From Candidatus Latescibacterota bacterium (GTDB taxonomy: Bacteria; Latescibacterota; CBDEFO01): a stretch of 64,000 nt of DNA. A program made the translations under genes and the position numbers. Location of the stretch: positions 3,168,001-3,232,000 of the forward strand of contig OZ252149.1 of assembly GCA_965248755.1 (NCBI GenBank). Direction: 5' to 3'. Below are positions 30,272 through 40,280 of this stretch, piece after piece (positions within the stretch are counted from its first letter, which is position 1; each line of letters begins with the position of its first letter). Below the pieces are notes generated by a model. That model did no database searches and was not told the DNA's origin. It worked only from the letters and a program-made list of their open reading frames with translations.

Positions 30272-31660
30272 ATCAAAGATTCTACCACACTTATTGCTGT
30301 TGCCGGTGAGACAGAGGCAGAAAGGGCCATCTTAGTCGGCGTCGCATTCCCCTGGATGAGCAGATCGGACGCCGAAGAGTCCCTGAACGAGCTGGCGCTT
30401 CTGGCGGATACGGCCGGGGCAAAGGTTCTGGACAGAGTAATCCAGGAGCGGAAAGCCCCCAATCCGACCTACTTCATCGGGAAGGGCAAGGCAGAACTTC
30501 TAGCTAATTCCGCAAAAGAACTGGAGGCCGATCTGGTCATCTTCGACGATGACCTTTCCCCCGCGCAGATGAGTAATCTCGAAAAACTAATGGACAGGAA
30601 GCTAGTAGATAGAAGTGGTCTTATTCTGGACATCTTCGCCAAACGTGCAAGGACTAAAGAGGCAAAGCTCCAGGTCGAACTGGCTCAGCTGGAATATCTT
30701 GCTCCAAAGCTCAGAAGACAATGGACCCACCTTTCAAGACAGGCAGGCGGCATAGGTACAAGCGGTCCTGGAATAGGTGCAAGGGGCCCGGGTGAAACAC
30801 AGCTTGAGATCGACAGGAGAAAGGTCAGAAAGAGGATCTACGACCTTTCCAGAGCACTCAAAAAGGTCGAGAAGAGTCGAGAGGTGAGCCGCAAGAACAG
30901 ATCTGACGTCTTCCAAGTCTGCCTTGTCGGATACACCAACGCCGGTAAATCCACACTTATGAGAGCCCTCTCAGGCGAAGACGTCTTCGTCGAGGACAGG
31001 CTATTTGCCACGCTGGATTCGACCACCAGGATCGTCCAGCTTAAAAAAGCTTCTGCGAACACCTCAGGTGGTGGTGGACAAGGTAGCAGCAAAGCACGAA
31101 GCGCCAAAATCCTCCTGACAGATACAGTCGGCTTCATAAAAAAGTTGCCCCATAACCTGATTGCCTCGTTCCGAGGCACATTAGAAGAAGTTGTGCAAGC
31201 CGATCTTTTGATCCACGTAGTGGATGTAAGTCATCCCGCCTGTGAAGAACAGATAGGAGCCGTAAATGAAGTCCTAAGTGAGCTGGGTGTAGCTAACACG
31301 CCGACCGTTATGGCCCTCAACAAAATAGACCTTCTATGCGAAGGTGGTACGACCACTTCGGGTGGACTCCTAAAAAGATTCCTCAAGACCTATCCTGAAG
31401 CCCTGCCTATATCATCTGTAAACGGGGACGGATTAGATGAACTCAAAGATGCCCTCCGCCAGAGAGTCGAGAGGGACAACGTGGTCTTAGACCTTGAATT
31501 AGATTACACACAGGGCAAGCTCCTTGGGGAGATATACAGCGTAGGAGAGATCCTTAAACGAAAAGACGAAGATGGACATGTTGCTCTGAAGGTCAGATTG
31601 AAGAGAGATGACGGAAAGAGGATAAAAGGCAAGATCAAACAAATAGCCAGTAAACAGTAG
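30272..31660 (+). CDS. hflX: Ribosome-splitting GTPase HflX (probable non-canonical ATC start)
   Basis: ERAILVGV, ILDIFAKRA, GPGETQLE, GYTNAGKST, LFATLD, DTVGFI, NKID. Confidence 0.95.
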   Translation: MKDSTTLIAVAGETEAERAILVGVAFPWMSRSDAEESLNELALLADTAGAKVLDRVIQERKAPNPTYFIGKGKAELLANSAKELEADLVIFDDDLSPAQMSNLEKLMDRKLVDRSGLILDIFAKRARTKEAKLQVELAQLEYLAPKLRRQWTHLSRQAGGIGTSGPGIGARGPGETQLEIDRRKVRKRIYDLSRALKKVEKSREVSRKNRSDVFQVCLVGYTNAGKSTLMRALSGEDVFVEDRLFATLDSTTRIVQLKKASANTSGGGGQGSSKARSAKILLTDTVGFIKKLPHNLIASFRGTLEEVVQADLLIHVVDVSHPACEEQIGAVNEVLSELGVANTPTVMALNKIDLLCEGGTTTSGGLLKRFLKTYPEALPISSVNGDGLDELKDALRQRVERDNVVLDLELDYTQGKLLGEIYSVGEILKRKDEDGHVALKVRLKRDDGKRIKGKIKQIASKQ

Positions 31661-31710
31661 ACAGGGAACAGCAAACAGGCAGTAGTCAGCGGACTGGAGA
31701 GGCACACCGC

Positions 31711-32547
31711 ATGAAGAAATCGAAATTATCATATGTAGTCCCGATTCTGCTTGTGGTCTTTCTTCAAGGATGTACAAAAGAAGATCCTAAAGTCTATATA
31801 AAAGACCTCTACAGCAGGGACCCGGAGATAAGGCTCACTGCCGGATATGAGCTCTTGAGAATCGGTGAGGAAGCAGTGCCCCTTCTTATTGAAGAACTGA
31901 AATCCGAAGAGCCTGTGGTTCGCTATGTAGCCGCTCAACTTCTCGGGAGGATCAAAGACCGGCGCGCTGTTGTACCCCTAACGGGTGCCCTAAAAGACAT
32001 AAGTCCCGGCGTCAGGGCTAGGGCCGCCGAAGCTCTCGGGAAATTGGAGGACGAAAGGGCTATAGACACCCTCATTAAAGCCGCCTCTGATACGACCGAG
32101 GAAGTCCGTGCCAAGGCGATAGAAGCTCTGGGTGGATGCAGGAGCGATACGGCATACCACGTGGTTATCAGCGCCCTGGACGATCGCAGCACAGAGGTCC
32201 AAGTTATGGCTATGGTGGCCCTCGACCGCTATAAATATGAAGACGTCCTCGAAAAGATAATACAACTGGCTGGATCTGACTCGGCTCGCGTCCGCTTCGT
32301 GGCAGTCCAGGCGCTTGGAAAGATTAAGACAAGAAACGATAGAGCCATCTTGACCCTGGTGCGCGCACTTGGAGATCCCTTTCAAAGTGTCAGAATAAGT
32401 GCCGCCAAAAGCCTTGCAAAGATAGGCAACAAGGGAGCTATAGAACCCCTTGAAAGATTCTACTCTCGCGGAACCATCGAAGAGCGCCGCGCAGCAAGCT
32501 ACGCCCTCGAAAAGATAGCTGGAAAAAAATACGTCCTCGAAAATTAG
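31711..32547 (+). CDS. HEAT-repeat lipoprotein
   Basis: Lipobox LQGC; VR..AA..LG repeats. Confidence 0.85.
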   Translation: MKKSKLSYVVPILLVVFLQGCTKEDPKVYIKDLYSRDPEIRLTAGYELLRIGEEAVPLLIEELKSEEPVVRYVAAQLLGRIKDRRAVVPLTGALKDISPGVRARAAEALGKLEDERAIDTLIKAASDTTEEVRAKAIEALGGCRSDTAYHVVISALDDRSTEVQVMAMVALDRYKYEDVLEKIIQLAGSDSARVRFVAVQALGKIKTRNDRAILTLVRALGDPFQSVRISAAKSLAKIGNKGAIEPLERFYSRGTIEERRAASYALEKIAGKKYVLEN

Positions 32548-32593
32548 GAGACAGTAGACAGGGACCACCTCTCCTCCCTGAATGCTGTCCACT

Positions 32594-32737
32594 TAGCCCG
32601 AATTATTCACAAAAAAGGGCCGTGTATTAATTAAGGGATTGTATTATATTATAGTTATGCCGTTTAACCACCTTCGGAGTCATTGCTTCGCCTTCGGCTC
32701 GCAATGACTCCACCAAGTTTATGAATTATTCGGGTTA
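32594..32737. mobile_element. MITE-like element, copy 2 (internally shortened)
   Basis: TAGCCCGAATTATTCA...TGAATTATTCGGGTTA; homologous to 1702-1936. Confidence 0.8.
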
Positions 32738-32755
32738 GGGAGGAGAAAATAAAAA

Positions 32756-34453
32756 GTGCATAACGACATGGAAATCGCTAGGTCTGTAAAACTTAAACCC
32801 ATAGAAGAGATAGCCGATTATATAGGGCTTTGTCAGGACGACCTCGAACTTTATGGAAAGTACAAAGCTAAAATTTCCTTAAGCGTTCTGGACAGGCTCA
32901 AAGACGCCCCTGTCGGAAAATATGTCAATGTGACAGCTATAACTCCCACTCCCTTTGGAGAGGGCAAGACGGTGGTCACTATAGGCCTTTCTATGGCTCT
33001 GAACAAGATCGGCAAAAAGGCCATATCTGCTATAAGACAGCCCTCTATGGGGCCCACATTTGGCATAAAGGGAGGGGGGTCTGGCGGCGGCTATGCTCAG
33101 GTGATCCCCCCAGAAGACGTAAATTTACATCTGACAGGTGACATTCACGCTGTCACAGCCGCTCACAACCTCCTTGCCGCCTGCCTTGATAACGTCCTTA
33201 CCAAAGGAAATCAGTTAAATATTGACCCCTTTAATATCACATGGAACAGAGTCCTGGACATCAACGATAGAGCGCTAAGAAGGATCGTTATAGGCCTCGG
33301 TGGTAAGACGTTCGGTGGAGTCCCAAGAGAAGCCGGATTCGATTTGACCGCAGCCTCTGAGGTTATGGCTATACTCGCATTGGCGTCCGGTCTTAAAGAC
33401 CTAAGAGAACGCATCGGAAAGGTAGTCGTAGCCCTCGATAACGACAAAAAGACTGTAACTGCTGAAGAGATAGGATGCGCCGGAGCTATGGCGGCCCTCC
33501 TAAAAGAGGCCATCAAGCCTAACCTCCTGCAGACTACCCAGAACACCCCCTGCCTTGTCCATGCTGGCCCTTTTGCCAACATAGCCCATGGCAACAGCTC
33601 CATCCTTGCGGACAAGATCGGACTTAAATGTGCCGATTACCTGGTGACAGAGAGCGGATTCGGAGCCGACCTCGGATTTGAGAAGTTCTGCGACATCAAA
33701 TGCCGCTGCAGCGGTCACCTCCCAGATGCCGCTGTCCTTGTCACAACGGTCAGAGCACTTAAAATGCACAGCGCAGATTTCAAAGTATCCCCCGGAAAGC
33801 CTCTTGACAGCCGATTCTTCGAGGAGAACCTGGACGCTACAGAGCGCGGTGCCGTCAATATGATCAAGCAGATAGAGAATATCAAAACGTTTGGAATTCC
33901 CGCCGTAGTCGCCATAAACAGATTTGAGGCAGACACAAAGGCCGAAATAGATCTGGTAAAAAGAATAGCCCAAGAATCGGGAGCACAAGCCGCAGTCGTA
34001 TGCGACGTATGGGCCAAAGGCGGCGAGGGAGGGGGAGAGCTTGCCGAAGCCGTAATGTCTGTCTGTCAAACTCCTAAAGATTTTAGATTCCTATACCCTC
34101 TGGATATGTCGATAAAAGATAAGATAGAAACTATAGCTAAAAAGATCTACGGAGCCTTGGGTGTAGAGTACACTTCACTCGCCAGTAGGCAAATTACGCG
34201 CTACAGTGAAAGTGGTTTTGCACATCTTCCTGTGTGTATGGCAAAGACGCACCTTTCTCTATCGGACGATCACAGAGCACTCGGAAGGCCTGAGGGCTTC
34301 ACCGTTATGGTCAGAGAGGTCAGAGTATCCGCAGGAGCTGGATTCATCTATCCCATCTTGGGGGAGATAAGCACTATGCCGGGGCTTCCTACCCTGCCCG
34401 CGGCAAACAGGATAGATATTGACGAAGATGGACAGATAGTCGGACTTTCGTAG
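32756..34453 (+). CDS. fhs: Formate-tetrahydrofolate ligase
   Basis: TAITPTPFGEGKT, GIKGG..GGGYAQV, NLHLTGDIHA, HAGPFANIAHG, TMPGLP. Confidence 0.97.
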   Translation: MHNDMEIARSVKLKPIEEIADYIGLCQDDLELYGKYKAKISLSVLDRLKDAPVGKYVNVTAITPTPFGEGKTVVTIGLSMALNKIGKKAISAIRQPSMGPTFGIKGGGSGGGYAQVIPPEDVNLHLTGDIHAVTAAHNLLAACLDNVLTKGNQLNIDPFNITWNRVLDINDRALRRIVIGLGGKTFGGVPREAGFDLTAASEVMAILALASGLKDLRERIGKVVVALDNDKKTVTAEEIGCAGAMAALLKEAIKPNLLQTTQNTPCLVHAGPFANIAHGNSSILADKIGLKCADYLVTESGFGADLGFEKFCDIKCRCSGHLPDAAVLVTTVRALKMHSADFKVSPGKPLDSRFFEENLDATERGAVNMIKQIENIKTFGIPAVVAINRFEADTKAEIDLVKRIAQESGAQAAVVCDVWAKGGEGGGELAEAVMSVCQTPKDFRFLYPLDMSIKDKIETIAKKIYGALGVEYTSLASRQITRYSESGFAHLPVCMAKTHLSLSDDHRALGRPEGFTVMVREVRVSAGAGFIYPILGEISTMPGLPTLPAANRIDIDEDGQIVGLS

Positions 34454-34625
34454 TAAAAGAATGTAGGGGCGAAGTATCCATATCAGACAGGAATGTCTGA
34501 CCCACCATACTTTTTTTGGAAGAGGTTACCTCGTCCAGCAGTCAAAAGAGATATTCACCTCTGTTCAGTAAACAGGGAGAGGATGCCCTGACCTGTTGTC
34601 CACCTGGCGAGGAAAGAAACAAAAA

Positions 34626-35516
34626 ATGTCAGCCAAGATAATCGACGGAAAAGCAATAGCCGCAGAAGTTGAAAAAAAAGTCAGCGGCGGGGTCGAAGAG
34701 CTTAAGGCATCTTGTGGAGTGACCCCTGGACTCGGTGTCATCCTTGTGGGAGACAACCCCGCTTCGCACATCTATGTCAAAAACAAAGCCAAAAAGTCCT
34801 CCGAAGTCCGCATACGCTCCCAGGTCATCAATATCCCCGCTGACTCGTCCCAAGACCAGGTAATAGACCATATCGAAAAGCTCAACGCGGACGAAAATAT
34901 CCACGGTATTCTCGTTCAATCTCCGCTCCCCGAACACCTTGACGAGGACTATCTTATGTCCCTGATCGACCTGAAAAAGGATGTGGATGGCTTCCATCCC
35001 GTAAACGTGGGACTTTTGGTTATGGGCAGCCCCCGCTTTGTTCCCGCAACTCCGTTAGGCGTGATGGAGATGTTAAGACACGAAGGTGTGGACCCGTCCG
35101 GAAGACACGCGGTCGTAGTTGGAAGGAGCAAGATCGTCGGAAAGCCGATGGTCAACCTCCTCGTCCAGAAGGCCGAAGGCGCCAATGCCACCGTAACTGT
35201 CTGCCACACAGGCACAAAAAACCTGGGCTACCACACCAGACAGGCGGATATCCTCATCGTGGCAGCGGGCAGACCCAGAATGATCGCCGCAGATATGGTC
35301 TCGGAGGGAACTGTGGTGATAGACGTCGGCATAAACAGCGTGAAAGACCCGTCCAGAAAGAGCGGTTACAGGCTCGTTGGAGATGTCAACTTCGAAAGCG
35401 TCAAAGATAAGGCGAGCGCCATATCTCCCGTTCCCGGCGGGGTAGGACCTATGACCATCGCTATGCTGTTGAGCAATACGCTCAAAGCGGCGCAGATGGC
35501 GTGCGAACCACAATAA
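34626..35516 (+). CDS. folD: Methylene-THF dehydrogenase/cyclohydrolase
   Basis: IIDGK, KDVDGFHP.N.G, GRS.IVGKP, VIDVGIN, PVPGGVGPMTIAML. Confidence 0.97.
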   Translation: MSAKIIDGKAIAAEVEKKVSGGVEELKASCGVTPGLGVILVGDNPASHIYVKNKAKKSSEVRIRSQVINIPADSSQDQVIDHIEKLNADENIHGILVQSPLPEHLDEDYLMSLIDLKKDVDGFHPVNVGLLVMGSPRFVPATPLGVMEMLRHEGVDPSGRHAVVVGRSKIVGKPMVNLLVQKAEGANATVTVCHTGTKNLGYHTRQADILIVAAGRPRMIAADMVSEGTVVIDVGINSVKDPSRKSGYRLVGDVNFESVKDKASAISPVPGGVGPMTIAMLLSNTLKAAQMACEPQ

Positions 35517-35591
35517 CGAAAGTGGGCCCCAAAGCGTGACTTGGGCACTGCGTGCGTTGCTGTTACTCTTTCGTGCAGGGGAGGCATCAAG

Positions 35592-35644
35592 CCCCGATCC
35601 CCCCCGATAGGTTCAATCGGGGGTAGACTCAATCGGGGGCAAGC
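35592..35644. repeat. Nested CCCCGA...TCGGGG palindromic element
   Basis: CCCCGAT[CCCCCCCGATAGGTTCAATCGGGGGT]AGACTCAATCGGGGGCAAGC. Confidence 0.85.
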
Positions 35645-35884
35645 CACAAATAGTATCCTGATGTAGTGAAGATGAAGAGTAATTTGACGAGATGTGACAG
35701 GAGTGTGCGCAGGCGGCTTCGGCAACCAGCCACAGAGGCCTACCACTGAAAGTGACGTTCTGTTGGCAGCGGCAAGACGTTATGTGCAAGGCATGAAAAA
35801 CGAGCTTATTGCCCCGGCGCCAATACGAGTTTAGGAAAGTCAATTGAGAGTCTATTATCCTCGAGACAACAAAGGGGTGCTATC

Positions 35885-36892
35885 ATGCTAACGATCGGTC
35901 CCGGTGCAGATCCTTATTTCGCATATAAAATTCACCATGTGGAGCGAGCTAGAGTGGCCTGGATTCTGTCCGAGGAATTCGGGATCTACGAGGCTTTGCG
36001 TGCAGGACCGGCGACCGTTGCTGAGGTGAGTCGGCAGATCGGTTTACAGGAACGTCCTGCGGCAGTCTTACTGGCGGCCAATGCCTGTTTAGGGGTATTA
36101 GGCATTCAGGATAAGAAATACTTTATCTACGACATCATGCGAGAACTGGTATTAGAGGGAGGGAGGGCTCGAACCACTCCTCGGCAGCCCGATCCCGAGA
36201 AGGATTGGTGGTATAAGACAATGAAGCAGGCGCTCCTGACCAACGAACTCGTGCCGGAAGCTCTGCCGCCGTGGCTGGCTAACCCCAATAGTGAAGTTGA
36301 CACCGAAGCTTTTGCTCCAGAGCGTCACGGATGGCGCATCCTATGGGGAGAATCCCTGGCGGCTGTGTTCGACTTCAGTCCGTTTCACTTGGTAGCTGAT
36401 CTGGGTGGCGCAACAGGAGGAGTACTGGTCGGTCTCATGGGTAAGTACCCGCACCTGAAGGGCGTCGTGGTGGATTTGCCATATAGCAGAAAGACAGCGG
36501 AAGCCGCAATCCGAAAGAACAGTGCGGAGGGACGAGTAAGCTTTCATGCGGCTGATTTCTTCGAAGATCCGCTGCCGCCGGGGGTGGATGCTTTTTTCAT
36601 GTCACATGTGATTCACGACTGGGATGACGAGCACTGTGTAAATCTGCTGCGACGGTGTTGTCAAGCATAGCCCAAGGGATCGCCGGTGCTCGTACAGGAG
36701 TTTCTGCTCAATGAGGACAAGAGCGGCAGTTTGATCGGCGTGTTCCAGTGGTTCGGCCTGATATATGGCACCATCGGGGATCAGCGGAATGCTGAGGAGA
36801 TCGAGATGCTGATGGAAAAAGCTGGTTTCCACGAGATGGAGTGCAGACCAATCGATCACGAGCAATCGGTGGTGATCGGATGGAAAAAGTAA
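35885..36892 (+). pseudogene. Methyltransf_2-type O-methyltransferase with an in-frame TAG at 36668-36670
   Basis: N-terminal wHTH, DLGGATG, DFFEDP, HDWDD; the downstream ORF is in the same frame. Confidence 0.85.
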
Positions 36893-37060
36893 GCCAGAAT
36901 ATCAAGGTATCTATGATAGGTCTCTCTGATCGTTGCGTTACCGTTATCCCTTAGGCCCGGAGGGGGTCGAAGAACTTTTTGAACAAAGAGCTCGTTTAAC
37001 GGACGCAGAGCTGTAGCTACAGTTACGTAATCTGCGCATTGAAGGGGGAAGATAAGGATT

Positions 37061-37901
37061 ATGAGTGCAGAAGCTATGGTTAGAAAAGGCGTTTACGCAG
37101 GTCTGTTCATGGTCGCGCTTGCCACTTTGATGTACGAAACCCTCCTTACGGGCATCTTCAGTGTGACCATGTGGTATCACTACGCGTTTATGGCTATATC
37201 TATGGCCATGTTTGGGATGACGGTGGGTGCAATATTAGTCTATCTACTTCCCGGCTATTTCACTTGCGAACGGGCAAAGTATCATCTTACTCTTAATTCC
37301 CTGTTGTTCGCGGTATCGATCGTTCTCAGCTTCTTGGTGCATCTGAGTATCCCGTTTGACATCCACAGATCGATTGTGGGCTTGTTCCTCATTGCTTTGA
37401 CATATGTGGTAATATCAATCCCCTTCGTATTCAGCGGGATCTGTGTCTGTCTGGCACTGACCAAATTCCCGCGACAGGTGAGCAAACTATACGCTGCTGA
37501 CCTTGCAGGTGCAGCGATCGGATGTATAGTGCTGATATACACTCTCAGGATTACCGATGGTCCAACAGCGGTGATAGTAGTAGCCTTTCTTGCCAGTGTC
37601 GGCACAGTTTTTTTCTCTGCAGATGCAGGCCTTGAGAAGCTGAGGAAAGTTGCCCCTATTTGCAGCCTCTTATATGCCTTCTTTTCGGTTGTTCACACAG
37701 TCCTTGCGATCAAGCAGATGCCCTTACTCCGGTTGATATGGGTGAAAGGCAGGCTTGAACCTCGACCTCTTTATGAGAAGTGGAATTCATTCTCACGTAT
37801 TAAGGTTTACGCTGATCCGGATGGATTAAGAGGCCCTTTGGCTGGGGTCTTAGTTCCACTTATCCTTCCCACCGGAAAGTCGATCAGCTATATATGAATA
37901 T
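37061..37901 (+). pseudogene. Membrane N-terminal part of a spermidine-synthase-like fusion protein, truncated by ISL3
   Basis: TLMYE.LLT.IFSV..WYHYAF.AIS.A.FG, LYAADLAGAA.G, EKWNSFSRI.V; ends at the ISL3 terminus. Confidence 0.75.
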
Positions 37902-38590
37902 GGGTCTTCTCCAAAAAGTGTAGTTATTGACGGAAGTAGTTTTTTGAGAATTTAATATTGAAAGGAATCCGTCGTTTCCTGTATAGTTTATGGTACTAAG
38001 GGTAAACAAAACAGGAGGGGGACAGGATGCCTATCGATATCAGAGCAGAATGGCCTAATCTGCCAAAGGTAAGAGTTAGTCGTGTAGTTATTCATAGTGA
38101 CAGCACCGAAATTTATGTGGATCGAGATGCTCCTTTGGACTTTACTTGCTCTGGCTGTGGCCAGACATCCTTCTGGAGTTGGGATTGTCGGTGATCCGGG
38201 ATTAGAGATCTGTCAGTTTTTGAATTTAAGGCTTATCTGGTCATAGATAAATATCGCAGCAATTGTCTAGTCTGCGGGGTGAAGATTGAAAGACTTGACT
38301 TTGTTGATTCTTATTGCCGATGCACTACCAGGTTTGAGGAACTTGCAGCCAGACTCTGCCGAGTAACCAGCCTAAAGCAAGTAGCCGAACTCCTTGAGTT
38401 AGACTGGAAGACGGTCAAAGAAATTGACAAGAAGTTCCTGGAAAAACAGTTCTCCATTCCAGACTACGACGGCTTAAGGATTCTACTAGTAGATGAGATA
38501 GCTTCCCATAAAGGCCATAACTACTTTACGGTCGTTATGGACCTAGAGCAAACCCGGGTAGTCTGGATCGGAAAAGGTCGAACTCAAGGG
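37902..38590 (+). mobile_element. ISL3-family remnant (left end plus truncated transposase from 38027, internal TGA)
   Basis: GGGTCTT terminus; C..CG zinc finger, IRDL, T.RFE, LDWKTVK.ID, VDEI...KGH.Y.TVV.D. Confidence 0.82.
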
Positions 38591-38599
38591 CGAAAGAGA

Positions 38600-38884
38600 G
38601 CGACAATCAGCAATCAAGTACGAGCTCCGGATATCCAACTGTGCCTGGACATAGGAAATCACATTATCTCCGTAACAGGAGGCAGGAAGCCTGTAGACTA
38701 TGCCGATATATTTACGTCCTTATTAGGAATAGACGCAATAGATAAGAATTTATCCGAGGTGCTGAACGAGATGACGCGCTTTAGGAATCGCCTGGTTCAT
38801 CTACGCTGGGAGTTGGATGTAGAAGCTGTACACAGCATCCTTCAAGACGATCTGACAGACCTGGATCTCTCTCACAAAAAATAG
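38600..38884 (+). pseudogene. C-terminal part of a HepT-like (DUF86/HEPN) ribonuclease, fused in frame to the ISL3 remnant
   Basis: CLDIGNHIIS...P.DYADIF...M..FRNRLVH...D...V..IL...L.DL. Confidence 0.75.
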
Positions 38885-38936
38885 CCCTTTTCATTGAAAA
38901 AATAGGACTTACTGATTGGCCGATGGGAGAATACAA

Positions 38937-40280
38937 ATGGATTACGTTCCACACGCAGAAGAAGATGTAGCGCATATGATCCAGGAGTTGGGCATAAGCT
39001 CCCTGGACCAGCTCTTTGAGACGATACCGCAGGAGCTCAGGATAGGAAAATTAGATATTCCTCCTCCTATGTCCGAGATGGACGTAAGGAGATTTATGCG
39101 AGGGCTCGAAGACCAGATGAGGCGTGTAAAGCCCGATCTGTCCTTTGCAGGAGGGGGAGCCTACGAGCACTACATCCCCAGCGTGGTCGGGCACATAATC
39201 TCAAGGAGCGAGTTCTACAGCGCTTATACTCCATACCAGGCCGAGATCAGTCAGGGTACGCTGCAGACAATATTTGAGTTCCAGACTATGATCTGCGAGC
39301 TGACCAAGATGGAGGTAGCCAACGCATCTATGTACGACGGCGCATCTGCCGCTGCCCAATCGGTTCTGATGGCCCTGAGCATCAAGCCCAGAGCCAAAAG
39401 GGTCCTCCTTCAAAAGAGCCTACATCCCTTCTACCGAAGTGCAGTAGATACCTATCTTCAAGGTCTAGGTGTGGAAGTCGTAAGTGTGCCTTGGAAGCAG
39501 GACGGTTCTGTCGATCTGGATGCCCTCGGCGATTCAACGGTAGAGGACACTGCGTGTGTACTGATTCAGAATCCCAATTTCTTCGGGTGCTTGGAGCCGA
39601 TGCATCGGATCAAAGAGATAGTAAAGGAGGCAGACGCTCTCTTTGCCGCTTCTGTGAATCCCATCTCGCTTGGCGTTATAGCTCCGCCGGGCGAATACGG
39701 GGCCGACATCGCCACAGGCGAAGGACAGCCCTTAGGCGTTCCCCTCTCGTTTGGAGGACCCTATTTAGGGTTCTTCGCCTCCCTGGAGAAATACATAAGG
39801 CGTATGCCCGGAAGGATAGCGGGACGGACAGAGGACGTAAATGGCAAGCAGGGATATGTCCTGACCTTCCAGACCAGGGAACAGCACATAAGGCGCGAAA
39901 GGGCTACCTCCAACATCTGCACAAATCAGGCGCTCTGCGCCCTTGCATCAGGGGTCTATATATCTTCTTTAGGACCCCAGGGTCTGGTGGAGATTGCAGA
40001 ATTGAACTGGCAAAGGAGCCACGCCTGTGCCCAAAGGTTGTCCCAGATAGAGGGACTGAAGTTGAGGTTCTCTGCTCCTTTCTTCAACGAATTTGTGGTA
40101 TCGTGTCCGTCTCCTGCATCACATATTCTACCGAAATTGAGAGCAAAGGGGATCGAAGCGGGCATAGACCTGGGGAGATTCTTCCCGGATATGGAGGACG
40201 CTATCTTAGTTTGCGCAACCGAGACAAAGACCGAAGACGATCTTGATCGATTAGCTCAAGAGTGGAGGGAGATACTATAG
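38937..40280 (+). CDS. gcvPA: Glycine dehydrogenase (decarboxylating) subunit 1
   Basis: YTPYQAEISQGTLQ.IFEFQT, NASMYDGASA, REQHIRRERATSNICTNQ. Confidence 0.97.
   Translation: MDYVPHAEEDVAHMIQELGISSLDQLFETIPQELRIGKLDIPPPMSEMDVRRFMRGLEDQMRRVKPDLSFAGGGAYEHYIPSVVGHIISRSEFYSAYTPYQAEISQGTLQTIFEFQTMICELTKMEVANASMYDGASAAAQSVLMALSIKPRAKRVLLQKSLHPFYRSAVDTYLQGLGVEVVSVPWKQDGSVDLDALGDSTVEDTACVLIQNPNFFGCLEPMHRIKEIVKEADALFAASVNPISLGVIAPPGEYGADIATGEGQPLGVPLSFGGPYLGFFASLEKYIRRMPGRIAGRTEDVNGKQGYVLTFQTREQHIRRERATSNICTNQALCALASGVYISSLGPQGLVEIAELNWQRSHACAQRLSQIEGLKLRFSAPFFNEFVVSCPSPASHILPKLRAKGIEAGIDLGRFFPDMEDAILVCATETKTEDDLDRLAQEWREIL

Noticed and set aside
35515..35800. attC-like TAAC...GTTA signals and small hairpins downstream of folD
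   Set aside because: Could not assemble a convincing R''/L''/L'/R' structure by eye
36668..36670. In-frame TAG stops (here and at 62029) as pyrrolysine or stop-codon recoding
   Set aside because: In-frame TAA and TGA lesions and frameshifts are equally present; TAG terminates intact genes (hflX, fhs, gcvPA); the two positions correspond to different expected residues (L, Q); no pyl genes seen
39491..40246. Long alternative-frame or antisense ORFs overlapping gcvPA, RND, ABC, hddA and HEAT genes
   Set aside because: Shadow ORFs of well-supported genes with non-protein-like composition
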